A stretch of 62,706 nt of DNA, the filler included, from Basidiobolus ranarum (Eukaryota): assembly GCA_040143965.1 (NCBI GenBank). It is 12 parts of 12 records of this genome, joined end to end, with 100 filler letters (N's around TTAATTAATTAA, not from the genome) between each part and the next. Parts side by side here need not be neighbours in the genome. Positions count along the whole stretch, not along the records: positions 20,976 to 26,114 come from JASJQH010001700.1; positions 26,215 to 31,350 come from JASJQH010001701.1; positions 31,451 to 36,585 come from JASJQH010001702.1; positions 36,686 to 41,819 come from JASJQH010001703.1; 8 more parts are not named here. One strand, 5' to 3'. The position numbers were made by a program, and so were the translations under genes. Numbering within the stretch: position 1 is the first letter of the stretch; each line of letters opens with the position of its first letter. A model generated the notes under the pieces. That model was not told the origin of the DNA and did no database searches. It saw nothing but the letters and a program-made list of their open reading frames with translations. Below, piece by piece: positions 26,114 to 38,257 of this stretch.

Positions 26114-27912
26114 GNNNNNNNNNNNNNNNNNNNNNNNNNNNNNNNNNNNNNNNNNNNNTTAATTAATTAANNNNNNNNNNNNNNNNNNNNNNNNNNNNNN
26201 NNNNNNNNNNNNNNGAACTAAGATTTAATGTTCCAGCTATAATTACTATTGGTAATATAATTAATCCAAAGTTTATTTCATATGTAACAAATAACAGGAG
26301 CGTAATACCCTCGAGTGTTTTTGCAAGCGATACCCACTTTCACCTATAATGGTTTGTTGTCTTTTACGCTGCCGTTGCATGTGAAATAGCAAAGTTTGAA
26401 TGCAAACATCCACAATTGTACACTGAATCGATGATTTAAAGCAAATCACTGACCAGTTGCTGTATGTAACTGATGGCGTTCTCTTCACTTCAGCTTATTC
26501 GAATTTTCTAAATTTGATCAGTGCTTGAATTATTCCATGTTTCACAAAGAGCTTATGTGTCTATTCAATTATGAGTGTAATGGAGTTGGAGTTAGATTAC
26601 TTTACTATAAATGAGTGTTTATGCCACAATCATATCTAAGAACAGGTTAATTATCGATTCTATTACTGAGTGTGTCGGCTTTTTCCTGTGTTTACTTTTT
26701 TGTACTATCAAGCATGGGACAATGTACTCAATTGCAAATAGGTATAGGTAAATAGAATGACGGTAATGAATTGTCAAATGCATCAAGTACAAGTGAGACT
26801 TTCATTTTAGAATTCTGATCTCATTCTTAGCTTGAACATCTGTCTGTCAAAGCAGTACGTACCGGTAGTTGTGTGTGTAAATATGTAACAGATTAACGGG
26901 TTCTGATTACTCACAAAATATTGTTCAATAACGTTTTTTTGAAAGCAGAATACTTCATCCTGGCTACTTTATTTCCTGAATTGTTGGCATCCAACTCAAT
27001 TCCTAAAACTGTACACCATTACGTCTGACCCATCTTCAATATAGGCCCTCGCTATCGTCACATTTTGATTCAATACGCACTCTAACATATACCCGACCTA
27101 TTAGTAGATATTTGTTTCTTCTTATGCCTATATATTAGCTGTAAGTATAGCACTTCAGAAGTTTCAAGGTCTGTAATTTTGTAGCTCACCAAAAATACAG
27201 AAATATCCGTTGGGTATGCTGAAACCTCAATAATATGCATCACCTTTTCATGGAGGATTCGGAAAGTGCCCTAGAGTAATGATTTGGTCAACAAATACTT
27301 CATTTCTATGAAATCTTTAGAGCGGAGGCTGCTGTATTGAAGACTTCAATCATTTACGTAGAATTTTCATTTATGTGCCAAAAGCTACTATAAAATATTT
27401 TTATCATTGAAAAAAAGGAAGCGGCGCATAATGCTCAGCTCCCACTAACAAAATTGAACAGTCCAGACACCCCTTGAGGATGTTCAAGTCAAGGACTCCG
27501 AGACATTGTGCAATACTCTTAATTTTGTACATCGAATACTAGATTTCAAAGTATTGAAGTATCCAAATACTTACATGCTAGCGAAGCAATACTGATATTT
27601 CAACTCTACTATAAGCCTTATTAGTACATTACTGTTATAGGAATTTGCATATAACCCTGAATTTGCTTCACTACTATGCATTCCAAAGCAATAACCCAAA
27701 ATACTTAACTTAAAAATGGAATGCCTATATGTGCCTATTCTTACAATAAGAGCATATGTGGAGCTTCCATTATCGTCACCTGCGAATATCCTCAGTTGCA
27801 AGCTAAATATCTTGATATTTTGCAATATTATTGTACTTGTTGATTCTTGACTCATTTCAGTGACGCATATGCCAATCACAAGTGATACAACAGAAATTAT
27901 GCAACTTGGGGA

Positions 27913-28275
27913 ATGTTTTTATTTCGCTCTACATTTTTCCTTCTATTAATTAGTACTGTTTATTCTCATAAGGTATGGACTTGGCTAGAGAAGGACAATA
28001 ATAAAGTTCTTTGGAATAGATACGATTTCGAAAGTGTTGAGAATACATGCTATTATTTTGATAGACCCGTAAATTATGGATCTATGTGTGCTAAAGGTAC
28101 TTGAGGGTGGAGATGTTTTACTATGTTTGAGAATGGAGATTGTACCGGTAAAAGTCATGTCGAACATATTAATTGTTTAGGTGGTAGTTGTTTTGATGAC
28201 TTTGAATAAGGATAAGTTTAATATCAAGTACAAACCGAGTTCTGGGCTCGCTCAGCTAAGACTAATAATTGTTAG
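27913..28275 (+). pseudogene. Small secreted Cys-rich protein ORF with in-frame TGA (28102) and TAA (28207, 28213, 28219)
   Basis: MFLFRSTFFLLLISTVYS/HKVW...NTCYY...SMCAKGT*GWRCFTMFENGDCTGK...NCLGGSCFDDFE*G*V*YQVQTEFWARSAKTNNC*; no frameshift. Confidence 0.65.
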
Positions 28276-31210
28276 TAGTTGAATAGTGTAAAACAATATG
28301 CATAATATACTTTTTATACCAATGATATGGAATGTACAACTGTTGCTTTTCTACCACAGCCATTGAATATTACATGTGTTCAGACTGCTCTTCAGGAGAA
28401 ACTTTTATGTTTCCAAACAAATAATTATTTGTCTTGTTTAAAACATGATATTACTAAATATTTGAGGTTGTTTGTCAATTTTCCTACGTTATTCTACATC
28501 CATCAGTAATAAATGTTCACGCTGATCATAAGCTGCATGACACCATTATTATTCAACCTACTCAAGACTAAATCCAGCTCAACTCAATGACAACCTGGTC
28601 ATGTAGTAACTAAGAGGTACCACAATAATGCGAATCTGTTGAAGTTGGGCATCTCCAACATATACATTTTTTAATTCCAATTGAATAACCGACTTTGCAC
28701 ATCATATTTGTTAAAGTTATCATCACTTAGTCAAATATTACTTGGTTCAAAATTGGAGCAGACACCAGGGATATATGCAAACTCTCCATGAATTGGCATT
28801 GAGCCACTTGAAATACAAATATTTTCATTTTAGTAGTAGTACCTTCAAAATATAGATAATGGATTTCCGGTCAATACTCATGTCTCAAACTTGTACTAGC
28901 AGCAATATAGAGCTCCTTATGAATTCAACAAATTCAACGAAGTACATCTAATGTCAATAAGTGAAAGTACTGAGAATGGAATCCGAGGTAATCAGTCTAC
29001 ATATGGGGATTTTTAGGGTTAGGGTTATTGATTTAGTTTGAAAGAGGATGTAGGTGAGAAATGTGCATGTGAATGAGGGACAGTCTGGAAATTCCCTGCC
29101 CTGAAGTAATTGAGATAGTATAGGACCCAATGTCATATTCAGTGGCTTCTAGACACTCCCATTTTGATCAGTTGAAATTTCAAAATCTATTAGTTCAACT
29201 TCCAATCATCATCTGTGAAAGAGGCATAAGAATTCTCCAATCATGAATACCATATATGGAATCTCGGGTCAAGTTCTACGATCTCCATATCACATTCGAC
29301 TGCTAAGTGAATTTTGCTGACGATATGCTCTCATTAAAAATATAAACTCCGAAGAATTAAGTTTGATCAAGACCTGTCACCAGACAACCTTCACCAGAGA
29401 TACGAAAATCTGAGTTAGGGTGTTGATGCCCTTTGCCATGCCTACACCCAAACGGCCATTCTCGAATTCATGTAGATAGAATTCAAAGCTCATGCCTTTG
29501 AACTCTTGGCCTATAGTAAGCATGTCATACTCACTGTTAATAACGAAGGTCACTTGCTAATACTTGACATGTATAGTATCCAGCCACACGAATATTCTCC
29601 ATTCTTGGGGATTTGCTTGTAGAGCCTAGCCTCAGGTGTTTGTAAGCTTGGTTGAAACGTAGGATGGAAATGCAATTTCTAGTCATGTGCTCCACGGATC
29701 GGAAACCTGATAAAAATATATATGGCTATATTACCACGAGGATCTTCACTGGATATATCGATAGCTTCAGCCACTAGTACAAATAGATCTTCAGTAGCGT
29801 TCGATGATGTCATAGCAATGGAGGATACGGTTAGGGCTATGATTGGGACAAGGCCTTAGAGAGGCGAACTTTGGTCATCAGAGAAGCCACCATATATTTG
29901 ATACCATAACAGACGAAGCAGGGAATTTTATGATTTGGTTGGAGTGCTGCTCTCTTGATTGGCTTGACAATTACTCGAGAAAGTTCTCCCTCTCATACAG
30001 ACGATAGGTGGAACTCCAACCTTGCTAAGCAAAAGTTAAAAAGATTCTTTCTTTGCGTTGGGTTCAACATTTCCCAGTGGCCATCTGGGCACTGGGCATA
30101 GTTATCAATACTGAAAAGAAGAGTGGGATCGCGCCTCTCTTAAATGATGAATGAAGATTGTAGTTACCAACCACTAATATCGACTACACCAATTATTGTA
30201 ATGTACGGAAGTAAGCGATCTATTTACTGATGAGGCTTTTTTCTCCACGTAAACCTGCTCACAGACTTGGGGAGTTAGATAGGCTAAAGCGGATGAGCCC
30301 GACTTTGGCCCAAGCCCTTCCTGATCTTATCAAGATATCACTCAGTTGACGCTGTCTATTTTAGGTTGTGTCATGAAATCATCACTCAACCACTTCCATA
30401 TTTCATGCCACCCAACATCCATGATATCAAGGGTCAGAGTGAGAACCTAAGCCACTGCGATGATTTGTTGAATTGATCAATATCATTTTAGACTGCATAT
30501 ATTGCAGCGTCGTGATTTTATAAGAGTGAGGAATAATCTGAAACAGAGCTACTGATGATGTAGTGGGGGGAGGGAAAAAGCATAATTATGGATAGTGCTA
30601 CCATTAGAGCACCGCACAGAATTTGTCATTCGGAGATGGATTCTCTGTCTTATGATAAAGGTAAGTAGGGCGCCTAAAGGATTCATCCAAAGTCGTTTTG
30701 CCCTGCCATAGTTTCGGGGGTATCCGGAGGACCAGTGGAGTTCTCTGTTGGTGACAAAGTAAATAACCACCACTAATTCCAGTCACGATGAAAGAGAATG
30801 AGAGTCACACACTGGCAAGTGTTTTCATTGGATCATCACCTACCAAGAAAGAACGGACCCTTCCACTTCAATCATATCAAAACCTACTTTATACATACAT
30901 TTCCAAGAATAGATTGTTGACATGTAGATCCATTCATTGAATTCCAACCATCAGTGGCGGTAGTGGACACTGCTAAAGTAGATTAATATAATTGACTACT
31001 TACTAATCAGTAACGTAGAGTCATGTAATCTACCTGGTAGATGAAGAGCGTTGAAATGAAGTTTTCCATATTAGCCAACAGTCAATTTCCCTATCTAAAG
31101 CTTTCAGATTACCTAACTAGGTTATATCTGGGTATAATCATAGTGTATAAAAATACAAAGTCTCCATCAAAGCCTTCACCACCAAGAAAAGCAATTCTAT
31201 CGAATGGTAC

Positions 31211-31350
31211 ATGATGTTTTCCACCTCTTCAGTTAGTATTTTTCTTCAAAACAATACCCTTCATGCTAGTTCCTACAGCAGCGAAGATTCCCCCGAAATG
31301 ACTCTCTACGGAAGCGTTGTGGTGAATACAGCCTCTGCACTGAAGATCAA
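31211..31350 (+). CDS. Probable alpha-arrestin N-terminus (3' truncated)
   Basis: SVSIFLQNNTL...TLYGSVVVNTASALKI fits the first strands of Arrestin_N; a TATA-like TATAAAA lies at about 31146. Confidence 0.5.
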
Positions 31351-31538
31351 NNNNNNNNNNNNNNNNNNNNNNNNNNNNNNNNNNNNNNNNNNNNTTAATT
31401 AATTAANNNNNNNNNNNNNNNNNNNNNNNNNNNNNNNNNNNNNNNNNNNNCTATGTCAGTGAGGCTCAAATGATTGGCCTAAAAACATGTGAATGTCTTG
31501 GTTGTTCATTTGATTGAGTAAGTTACAGTATGAATTAC

Positions 31539-32051
31539 TTATTGTTACCAAGTTCAAATATTCCTCTCGTGATATATATAAGTATGTAAGCCAACACACT
31601 TACTAACAGAAACACCGAGAAGGCTTCATGCAATTTCCCGAAAACTCCTTTGAACAGATCAGTTTCTGTATAGAAGTACGCTAACGGTATGAGTCCAAAA
31701 CAGAGAAATAATGGTCCCAAAGAACGTGTATTTCGCTATGGAAGTGAGTAAACTTGCATCTAGCCAATTGAGATAATAATTTTGGGAGATCAATGGTAGG
31801 ATGTATAGTATAATCACCGTGGCTGGAATGAATAGAAATGCTAAAGTAGCAAAGGTCAACCCACACGAACATAATAGTCTAGGAACTAGGGCCTCACTAC
31901 TTTCCTCGTCGTAGCTATCCTTTTGCTTGGATCGAAACCTCCCGATAAGTCGATACGCAAATACTACAGTACCTAGGAAAAATAGAAACACTAGAATTCC
32001 TTCTCTAACTTGTGCGTAAAATTCCTCTCCATTAATCTTGTAAGGAACCAT
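31539..32051 (-). CDS. LMBR1/LMBR1L-like membrane protein, first exon, with one extra T at 31697-31700
   Basis: FYAQVREGILVFLFF...QNYYLNWLDASL...SLF/GLIPLAYFYTE parallels animal LMBR1 (FHSQVRE...QNYYIQWLNGSL...LFVLMPFAFFFLE). Removing one T joins the two ORFs. Confidence 0.78.
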
Positions 32052-34341
32052 TTTGCTTGAATGGAATAAAGATGAGTTGGAAATATATCTGCAAGAAGAC
32101 GGGCTGGAAGTAGTCTCTTTGAAGTATTAAAGTGAGGAAGTACTCCTTATTGTCTTATGAGTACTTTTTCGCTGAACTTCTTTAACCAAGGGGGATTAAA
32201 GTGAATGTTTTGTGGTTGGAGAATGAGAACAATATATAAGGTTGGTAAGGAGTTCGTTTAATGGTTAGGGCTCGGGTGAGTTGAGTAAGTATATACAAAA
32301 TAGACGCAAAACCTCTTATTCGTTAGAAAGAAGTAGCAGGATGTGAAAAGAAAGATTAATATCCAAGATTATGGAAGAATTAAAAAGTAAGGAGTGCGAT
32401 TGTTCGTTCTTAAATTCTTTCAATTTTAAGTGGACTGAGAAAGATCTCAAGGTTAAAGTGACTTTGTTTAAGAAGAAAAACAAAGACTGAAAGAAATAGC
32501 TCACCAAGTAAATTTGAGATTCCAAGTGTGACTTAAAATAACTATCACCATCCGAAACTGACCAACCAGAGGAAAGCTGAAGCGGAAAGAACAAGGAGTT
32601 AGTTTAATAAGGTTGATGATTCTGTCTTTCGGTAAGTTTATTTTTGACAGTCACATTTCATACATTCCAAATCTGACGCATCTTGCATCAATTTGCCATC
32701 CAAGGAGAAATGCAAGAAGAGATCACATCCAGTGTTACTACTTTACTCGTGTTCCTTCGTTGATAAATGCTAGGATATGGACGAAGCATGTGATGTGATT
32801 CGTAGACCCCCTTCAGGTCTGTCCAATTGCGGACATCTATTGGCTACAGTCCACGTCTAATTCAAACACTGTTTGGTCAACAGGCTAGCTAGATCACTGA
32901 GGTGAGGCAAGGGATCATCTTGGTTCCAGAGACAGGATTCCAGTTGGGTGAGCTCGGGGCTGTGGCTAGATGTGTTTCAGGCTTCAAAACTTAGTGCAAA
33001 TGGGGAATAGCTATGTAGTCAATACGTGAACTCTACCGTATTCAACAAGCATGATCTGACCAGTGTGGAGAGAACCGTACAGTATTCTAACAAACGATTC
33101 CATGTTGATTTATTCGTGATCACCTCTGGTTGCAGAGCCCATTGTTGTTTAACCACAGGTGTTCGGAGGTTTACCGAAAGCGACCACATACTCAGGGATT
33201 CAGTGTCATAATCCTTATCCTTTCTGAGGACCTGGGTACTTTATTGGCTCCATTGGGGATGGACTGACTGGACTGTCCAGAAACACATTCCCATATTTTT
33301 AAACCTGCAAACCAATTCAATTTCGTCCTATATGCAGTGTCAGCTGTTAATTCGATTCTCAGATTGTTTGGCTTGTGCATTCACACGCTTTCTTCCAACA
33401 CTGAACGGAGAATCAATTTCATGAATCAGGGTGAAATCTGTGACCAAGATTAGCTCAATTAATCGTGTAATAATACGTTCTGCCTTTAAGATAATTAAGA
33501 CAGACACATCCTTGCGAATATAGTAGATTCAGAAGGTGTCTTACCCCCTTCACACCACACAAGCTCCATTGCCTCGAGCGGGGCCAATCATTGCCATCTA
33601 CACATCAGGTCAATTCCAGTAATTTCATTAAATTAGGCCAGAGATATTCTAATCGTTGAATTTGTACTAATGTAGTCTGGAATCAGATATGTTGAATATC
33701 AGAGAAAATGCCAGAAGGTTGCGCCTTATCCTGAGAAATTTGATCAAGAGTGGCACTACAATGGACTCTACAAGCCTGGTACACAAGTGGCGTGCAAGAC
33801 CTTACATACTATCCACATGGAGCAACATACAAATGAAGCAAACAACATGGAAGTTATAGTGTGTATACTGAGGTAGGTTAACATGTGGTCTTGGTGCCAA
33901 CGTATTCTCTGCCAAGTATATTGCAATGACAAGTTCAATCTATGAAGATGCATATCCTTAACATCGACATCTGGCTACAGCGTAAATTTCCCAGATAATA
34001 CACATCGGGATCTGCCACTTATAGCATCAAATATTACATCGCTATGGTATACCCCACATCAAGATATGCATTGGTGAATGTACAGGGATACAGCAAGAGT
34101 GGAGCAAGAAATGGGTATGATGTATATTATTATCAGTGAGTATGGTTGATTTGACAATACTGATTAAGGTAAAGATAGACGCATCTCAGAAGTAAATGGA
34201 AATTAAATAGTCTCAACGAGAGCCAAGAAAGCCATAGTAGGTTGATTAAAGAACAAGATGCCAATCGAAGGATTTATGCCAAAACTTGAAGCTGGTTTCT
34301 TACTTTGATGTATAGATATGAATAGAATCTTCGAGAGAAAA

Positions 34342-35437
34342 TTAGAAGAACTTCATGTAAATGATAAAGCATATGATCAATATCAGTACGAGAACAATGG
34401 CTGCACTGATTAGCTTATTGGTCATCATTCTAGTTGGTTTGGTTGTTGATGTAATAAAGTATCAGCTCATGCATTGCTTGATTGAGTACTGGTTGGTTAC
34501 GTACCTTCTAGTCATCGATTTCAATGTTCTTGTAGCACGATCAATTGAGGAATCCGCTTCAAACAGCTAGATTACAGGTTCAAAATATAAGATAACGATT
34601 ACTTAGGAAAGTGCCAACTTTACGTCTTTACCGTATCTCTAGTATGCTGGATTTGCTCTCTTTGGGATCTAAGATCACCCAAAATGCCTACGCCAAGAGA
34701 TTCTGAAAGAGTTTTGTATAGGATCGAGAGGTAAATAATTAACCAGGATGAAATATACTTCAAAAATCATTAGCTACCAGTCTCCAAAGCCAACCGATGT
34801 GAGTCTTGAAGTCTACGTGAAGAGTCTTGTAACCTATCAGTCCCAGCCAAAAGTCGAGAACGTTGATCCATACCAGCAGAGTCTAAATCCAGCACTGTGT
34901 GGTCACCGAGTAACTCGTCACGTTCCCCTGAATTGGAAACTACATTTTTCTAGATACAGAATTATTCAATCTGCTCTCAAATTATGGCTTAACTTCGTAT
35001 TATGCCTCGATTTCTCTTACCAGAGTTTTTTTTAACTGACTCATCTCGGCTTTATACCCACGAAGTTTGCTTTGTAAGCGTGCACGTAAAGCTTGTGGAA
35101 GATTATGAAGCTCTATTTCCATTTGTTCGACCTGGAAGATGACAATGAATACTTGAAAATACAACTAGATTCTTGATTGGATCAAAACTGTCAACACTTA
35201 CGATCTCATCTGCCTCTTCTAGTTCTCTCTCAGCTGCTCTACTTGCGACCTTTTTCTCCTCTGTAACAAGTGGTTTTCACAAGTTAATATTTAAAGGGAA
35301 AGCTAATAGTTGTAAAGAATAGAGAGGTTACCTCCACGAAGAGTAGGAATCTTAGATTCAAGTATTTTTGTGAGACTTTTTCTCAAAACGACATATTCTT
35401 GTTCGTAAGAATTAAAAAGTTCGGAGCCCTCTGACAT
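34342..35437 (-). CDS. VTI1: Qb-SNARE Vti1, 7 exons (absent from ORF track)
   Basis: Hand-spliced: MSEGSELFNSYEQEY...ERELEEADEIVEQMEIE...DQRSRLLAGTDRLQDSSRRLQDSHRLALETESLGVGILGDLRSQREQIQHTRDTLFEADSSIDRATRTLKSMTRRMMTNKLI + TM + TAA. All introns are GT-AG. Confidence 0.95.
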
Positions 35438-35895
35438 ATCTGGATACTGTATTCAAACAAATGCTGAAATGGAGAAAGCCTCTTTTGAATGCTAAAAGAG
35501 AAGGAAAAACCGAGGTAACGAATGATCGAAAATGACTGGTGGGTTTTGTATTATTTTCAACCGGATTCCTTAAAACTCCATCTGTGCACTTTTTAATGGG
35601 AATTATTATTTTTGGTATATCTCGGGATATTAAAATTTTAAACCACTTATTTGTATATTAAGTCAGTTTGTGTTTAAAGGCTATCCAAAATTGGTATAAT
35701 CCAACCTTTTATCTGCATATCTACCTTCAAACCTCTTCTCTATACTACTAGGAAACATGGTTCGATGAGTGATTTGTATTTTATTGATCGAGTAAGGACA
35801 AGCACTAATTTTGTTCAAATAGTGATGAGAAAGAAACATATGTAGGATATTTACTGATCTAAGTATAATGACTGATTGTGTACTTGAGTTATCCA

Positions 35896-36478
35896 TTATT
35901 GGTCGTTTGGAGCGGTACCATTTCTATTGCGAATCTGTGGCTCTTGTGGTCCGTAACTACGTGTAATCTCAGCATAACTAGGCTTAGCATCACCGGCGGC
36001 CATTTTCTCAAATAATGTACCGTCGTACATACTTTCAAGAGTTTCGCGAGTGACAAGGCCATTACGGGAAGCAATCAACCAAAGTAGAGTAAACTTGACC
36101 TTGGCCAAAACCCTAGTAATAAAGTTGATTGAATATCATTACATCAAGTAATAGATAAATCCTAAACTTACCATCCGATGGGATCGAACATACGACGAGA
36201 AGATTCGGTCAATCTATAGAATTGTGTAAATGAAAGTGCACCTTTTTTCTTGGTGTCGAATTTTTGAAACATCTCGTCAAATTTGTTCTTTTGGAAGCGT
36301 CCCTCTTCATCATAGATGCCAGAATCAGAGCCGTATCTTCCGCGACTCATATTCTTCACATAGATATAGAATAATGGGCTAGGTAGCCAGCCATCCTGTG
36401 TAGCCCAGCTAAATATTATATGGAATACGAAGGTGCCTATAACTGTAACAAAAATATTGAAGCCTAAAGATCTGAGAG
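35896..36478 (-). CDS. Caleosin/peroxygenase family protein, 3' exons (intron 36114-36170)
   Basis: LRSLGFN, SWATQDGWLPSPLFYIYVKN, YGSDSGIYDEEGRF, FDPIGW and MYDGTLFE. Confidence 0.88.
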
Positions 36479-37369
36479 CTTAAAGAAAAACTACAGCATT
36501 AGATATACAGAAAAGATAGGTACCTCTAATTCAATATCAGGTATAGAAGGAGGTATTTTCTTAATGTTAGCTCATGGAATAGTATNNNNNNNNNNNNNNN
36601 NNNNNNNNNNNNNNNNNNNNNNNNNNNNNTTAATTAATTAANNNNNNNNNNNNNNNNNNNNNNNNNNNNNNNNNNNNNNNNNNNNTACGCATCCAGAGAT
36701 GGGTCTGGTGGGAACTGCCGACTGAATTTTTAGATAAAGTAGATGACTTTGATGTGGTACTTTATGATCGTCGTAAACGTTTTCTAAAGGTTCTCGGTAC
36801 GGTTAGTGCTGAGCTAGCGATACATGGACTATTTGGTTTAGATATTTACTTTGCTTTGAGATTCCACTTACTACCGCACTTAGGCCGGTATGTAGTAGTG
36901 TATGGTAGATGTGGCACTAATTGCACATATTGTGGATTTCGTAAGATCAAGTTTATCCACATTGAAATAAGGAAGAAGCGGAGCATCCAACATTCCCCCA
37001 TGCGTCCTATGTTCCCTCAGCATCTTGCTTTAACCCCAGGCAATTCACACCTCTAATCATTACCTCGTTGCTACTCCAATACTTTAATATAATAAAACTT
37101 ATCTTAGCACTGATGATGATCTACTCTGCCAGTAACTCCGCTATCAAATCATGCATATTAATAATGTAAATCACTGATGGAGCTGAGCGGGATTACCACT
37201 CAATCTTAGTATACAGGCACATCCTTCTTGAGGAGCTTTAATAATAGTGTGTGATACTATGCAATGGCGGGGTGGGGGATAATTCATGACAAAAGTGATT
37301 TGTTAAGATATGAACAGTAGATGAAGTACATTCACGGTACTCTAGGTCGAACGAAATTCTAGGCGGTAT

Positions 37370-37768
37370 TTATTGCGAGTTACTTCTGCGACGACGACGT
37401 ACCATCGCTTTCGTTTCCAATCCTCTAATGATAGGCTTCTTGAAGCTGGTGTCCTGCACCTTGGGCTCCGAGTAATTCCATAAGTGAGTGGTGTTAGAGA
37501 TCCTCAAGAGACTTTCTATTGCCCCCTTTATCAGTTGGATGGATTGACCTACGACTACAGTCCAACTCATATTCATAGTTAGCAGACCAAATCTTAAAGA
37601 TAATACGACAGCTGCGAAAACCGTAGTCGCCACTGCAAAGGTGATGAAAGTGACAAATAGGAAAGAAATCAACGGGAAGCAAAGCCCTATGAACATATAG
37701 GCAGGGAACCTTGCTGGATGAAGGAGTGTCTGGATTTGAAGTGAATTCGAAGTGTTGTCGAACATCAT
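37370..37768 (-). CDS. Hypothetical small membrane protein with long hydrophobic segment and basic tail
   Basis: 132-aa intronless ORF with a ~50-residue hydrophobic stretch and an RRRRR tail. Confidence 0.55.
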   Translation of the reverse strand: MMFDNTSNSLQIQTLLHPARFPAYMFIGLCFPLISFLFVTFITFAVATTVFAAVVLSLRFGLLTMNMSWTVVVGQSIQLIKGAIESLLRISNTTHLWNYSEPKVQDTSFKKPIIRGLETKAMVRRRRRSNSQ

Positions 37769-38198
37769 TATGTTGGTCTTGATTCAGCCATAGTCGAACG
37801 AGCAGCGATATTTATCAATTTGGTAAACCATCAACTAATGATCACATGCAACTTAGCCACTCCTCTTACTGAAAATATCGGCACAAAAAACTCGGATCAT
37901 GTGAAGGCACTCAATTAGTAGCCTGCACCATAAGTCAGCGAGACATTCAGCAAATAATCCCTTTCAAGGAAGTGCTCTCTTCAGAAGATGGGTAACAATG
38001 TCTCATGAAATCCCTCACTAGAGCGTAAACAGATAGCTATTTGGTAGTGCAATATCTTAGTACGATATCGTGATGTTTCGTGTTCTCATCATGGTGCTTT
38101 TCCTGTATCACCCGAAAGGAATCCATCTGCAAAGTTGAGATTTGTATCCCCCACATGATCCCAGTAGTGTAGATTCGGTGATGATCAAGAGGCTTCAC

Positions 38199-38257
38199 CA
38201 TGAAAGATAGATAGATATACTGGAATTCATCATGAAAGATAGATAGATATACAGGAA
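38199..38257. repeat. 32-bp tandem duplication containing GATA repeats
   Basis: CATGAAAGATAGATAGATATAC(T/A)GGAAT occurs at 38199 and 38231. Confidence 0.85.

Noticed and set aside
10867-28275. Genome-wide stop-codon reassignment (TAA/TAG = Gln)
   Set aside because: Conserved genes end normally with TAA (VTI1, catalase), TAG (SDR, MFS) and TGA (RTP1, phosphoesterase), and they lack internal stops.
34361-35035. Plus-strand ORFs 34361-34570 and 34748-35035
   Set aside because: They are antisense to the VTI1 exons.
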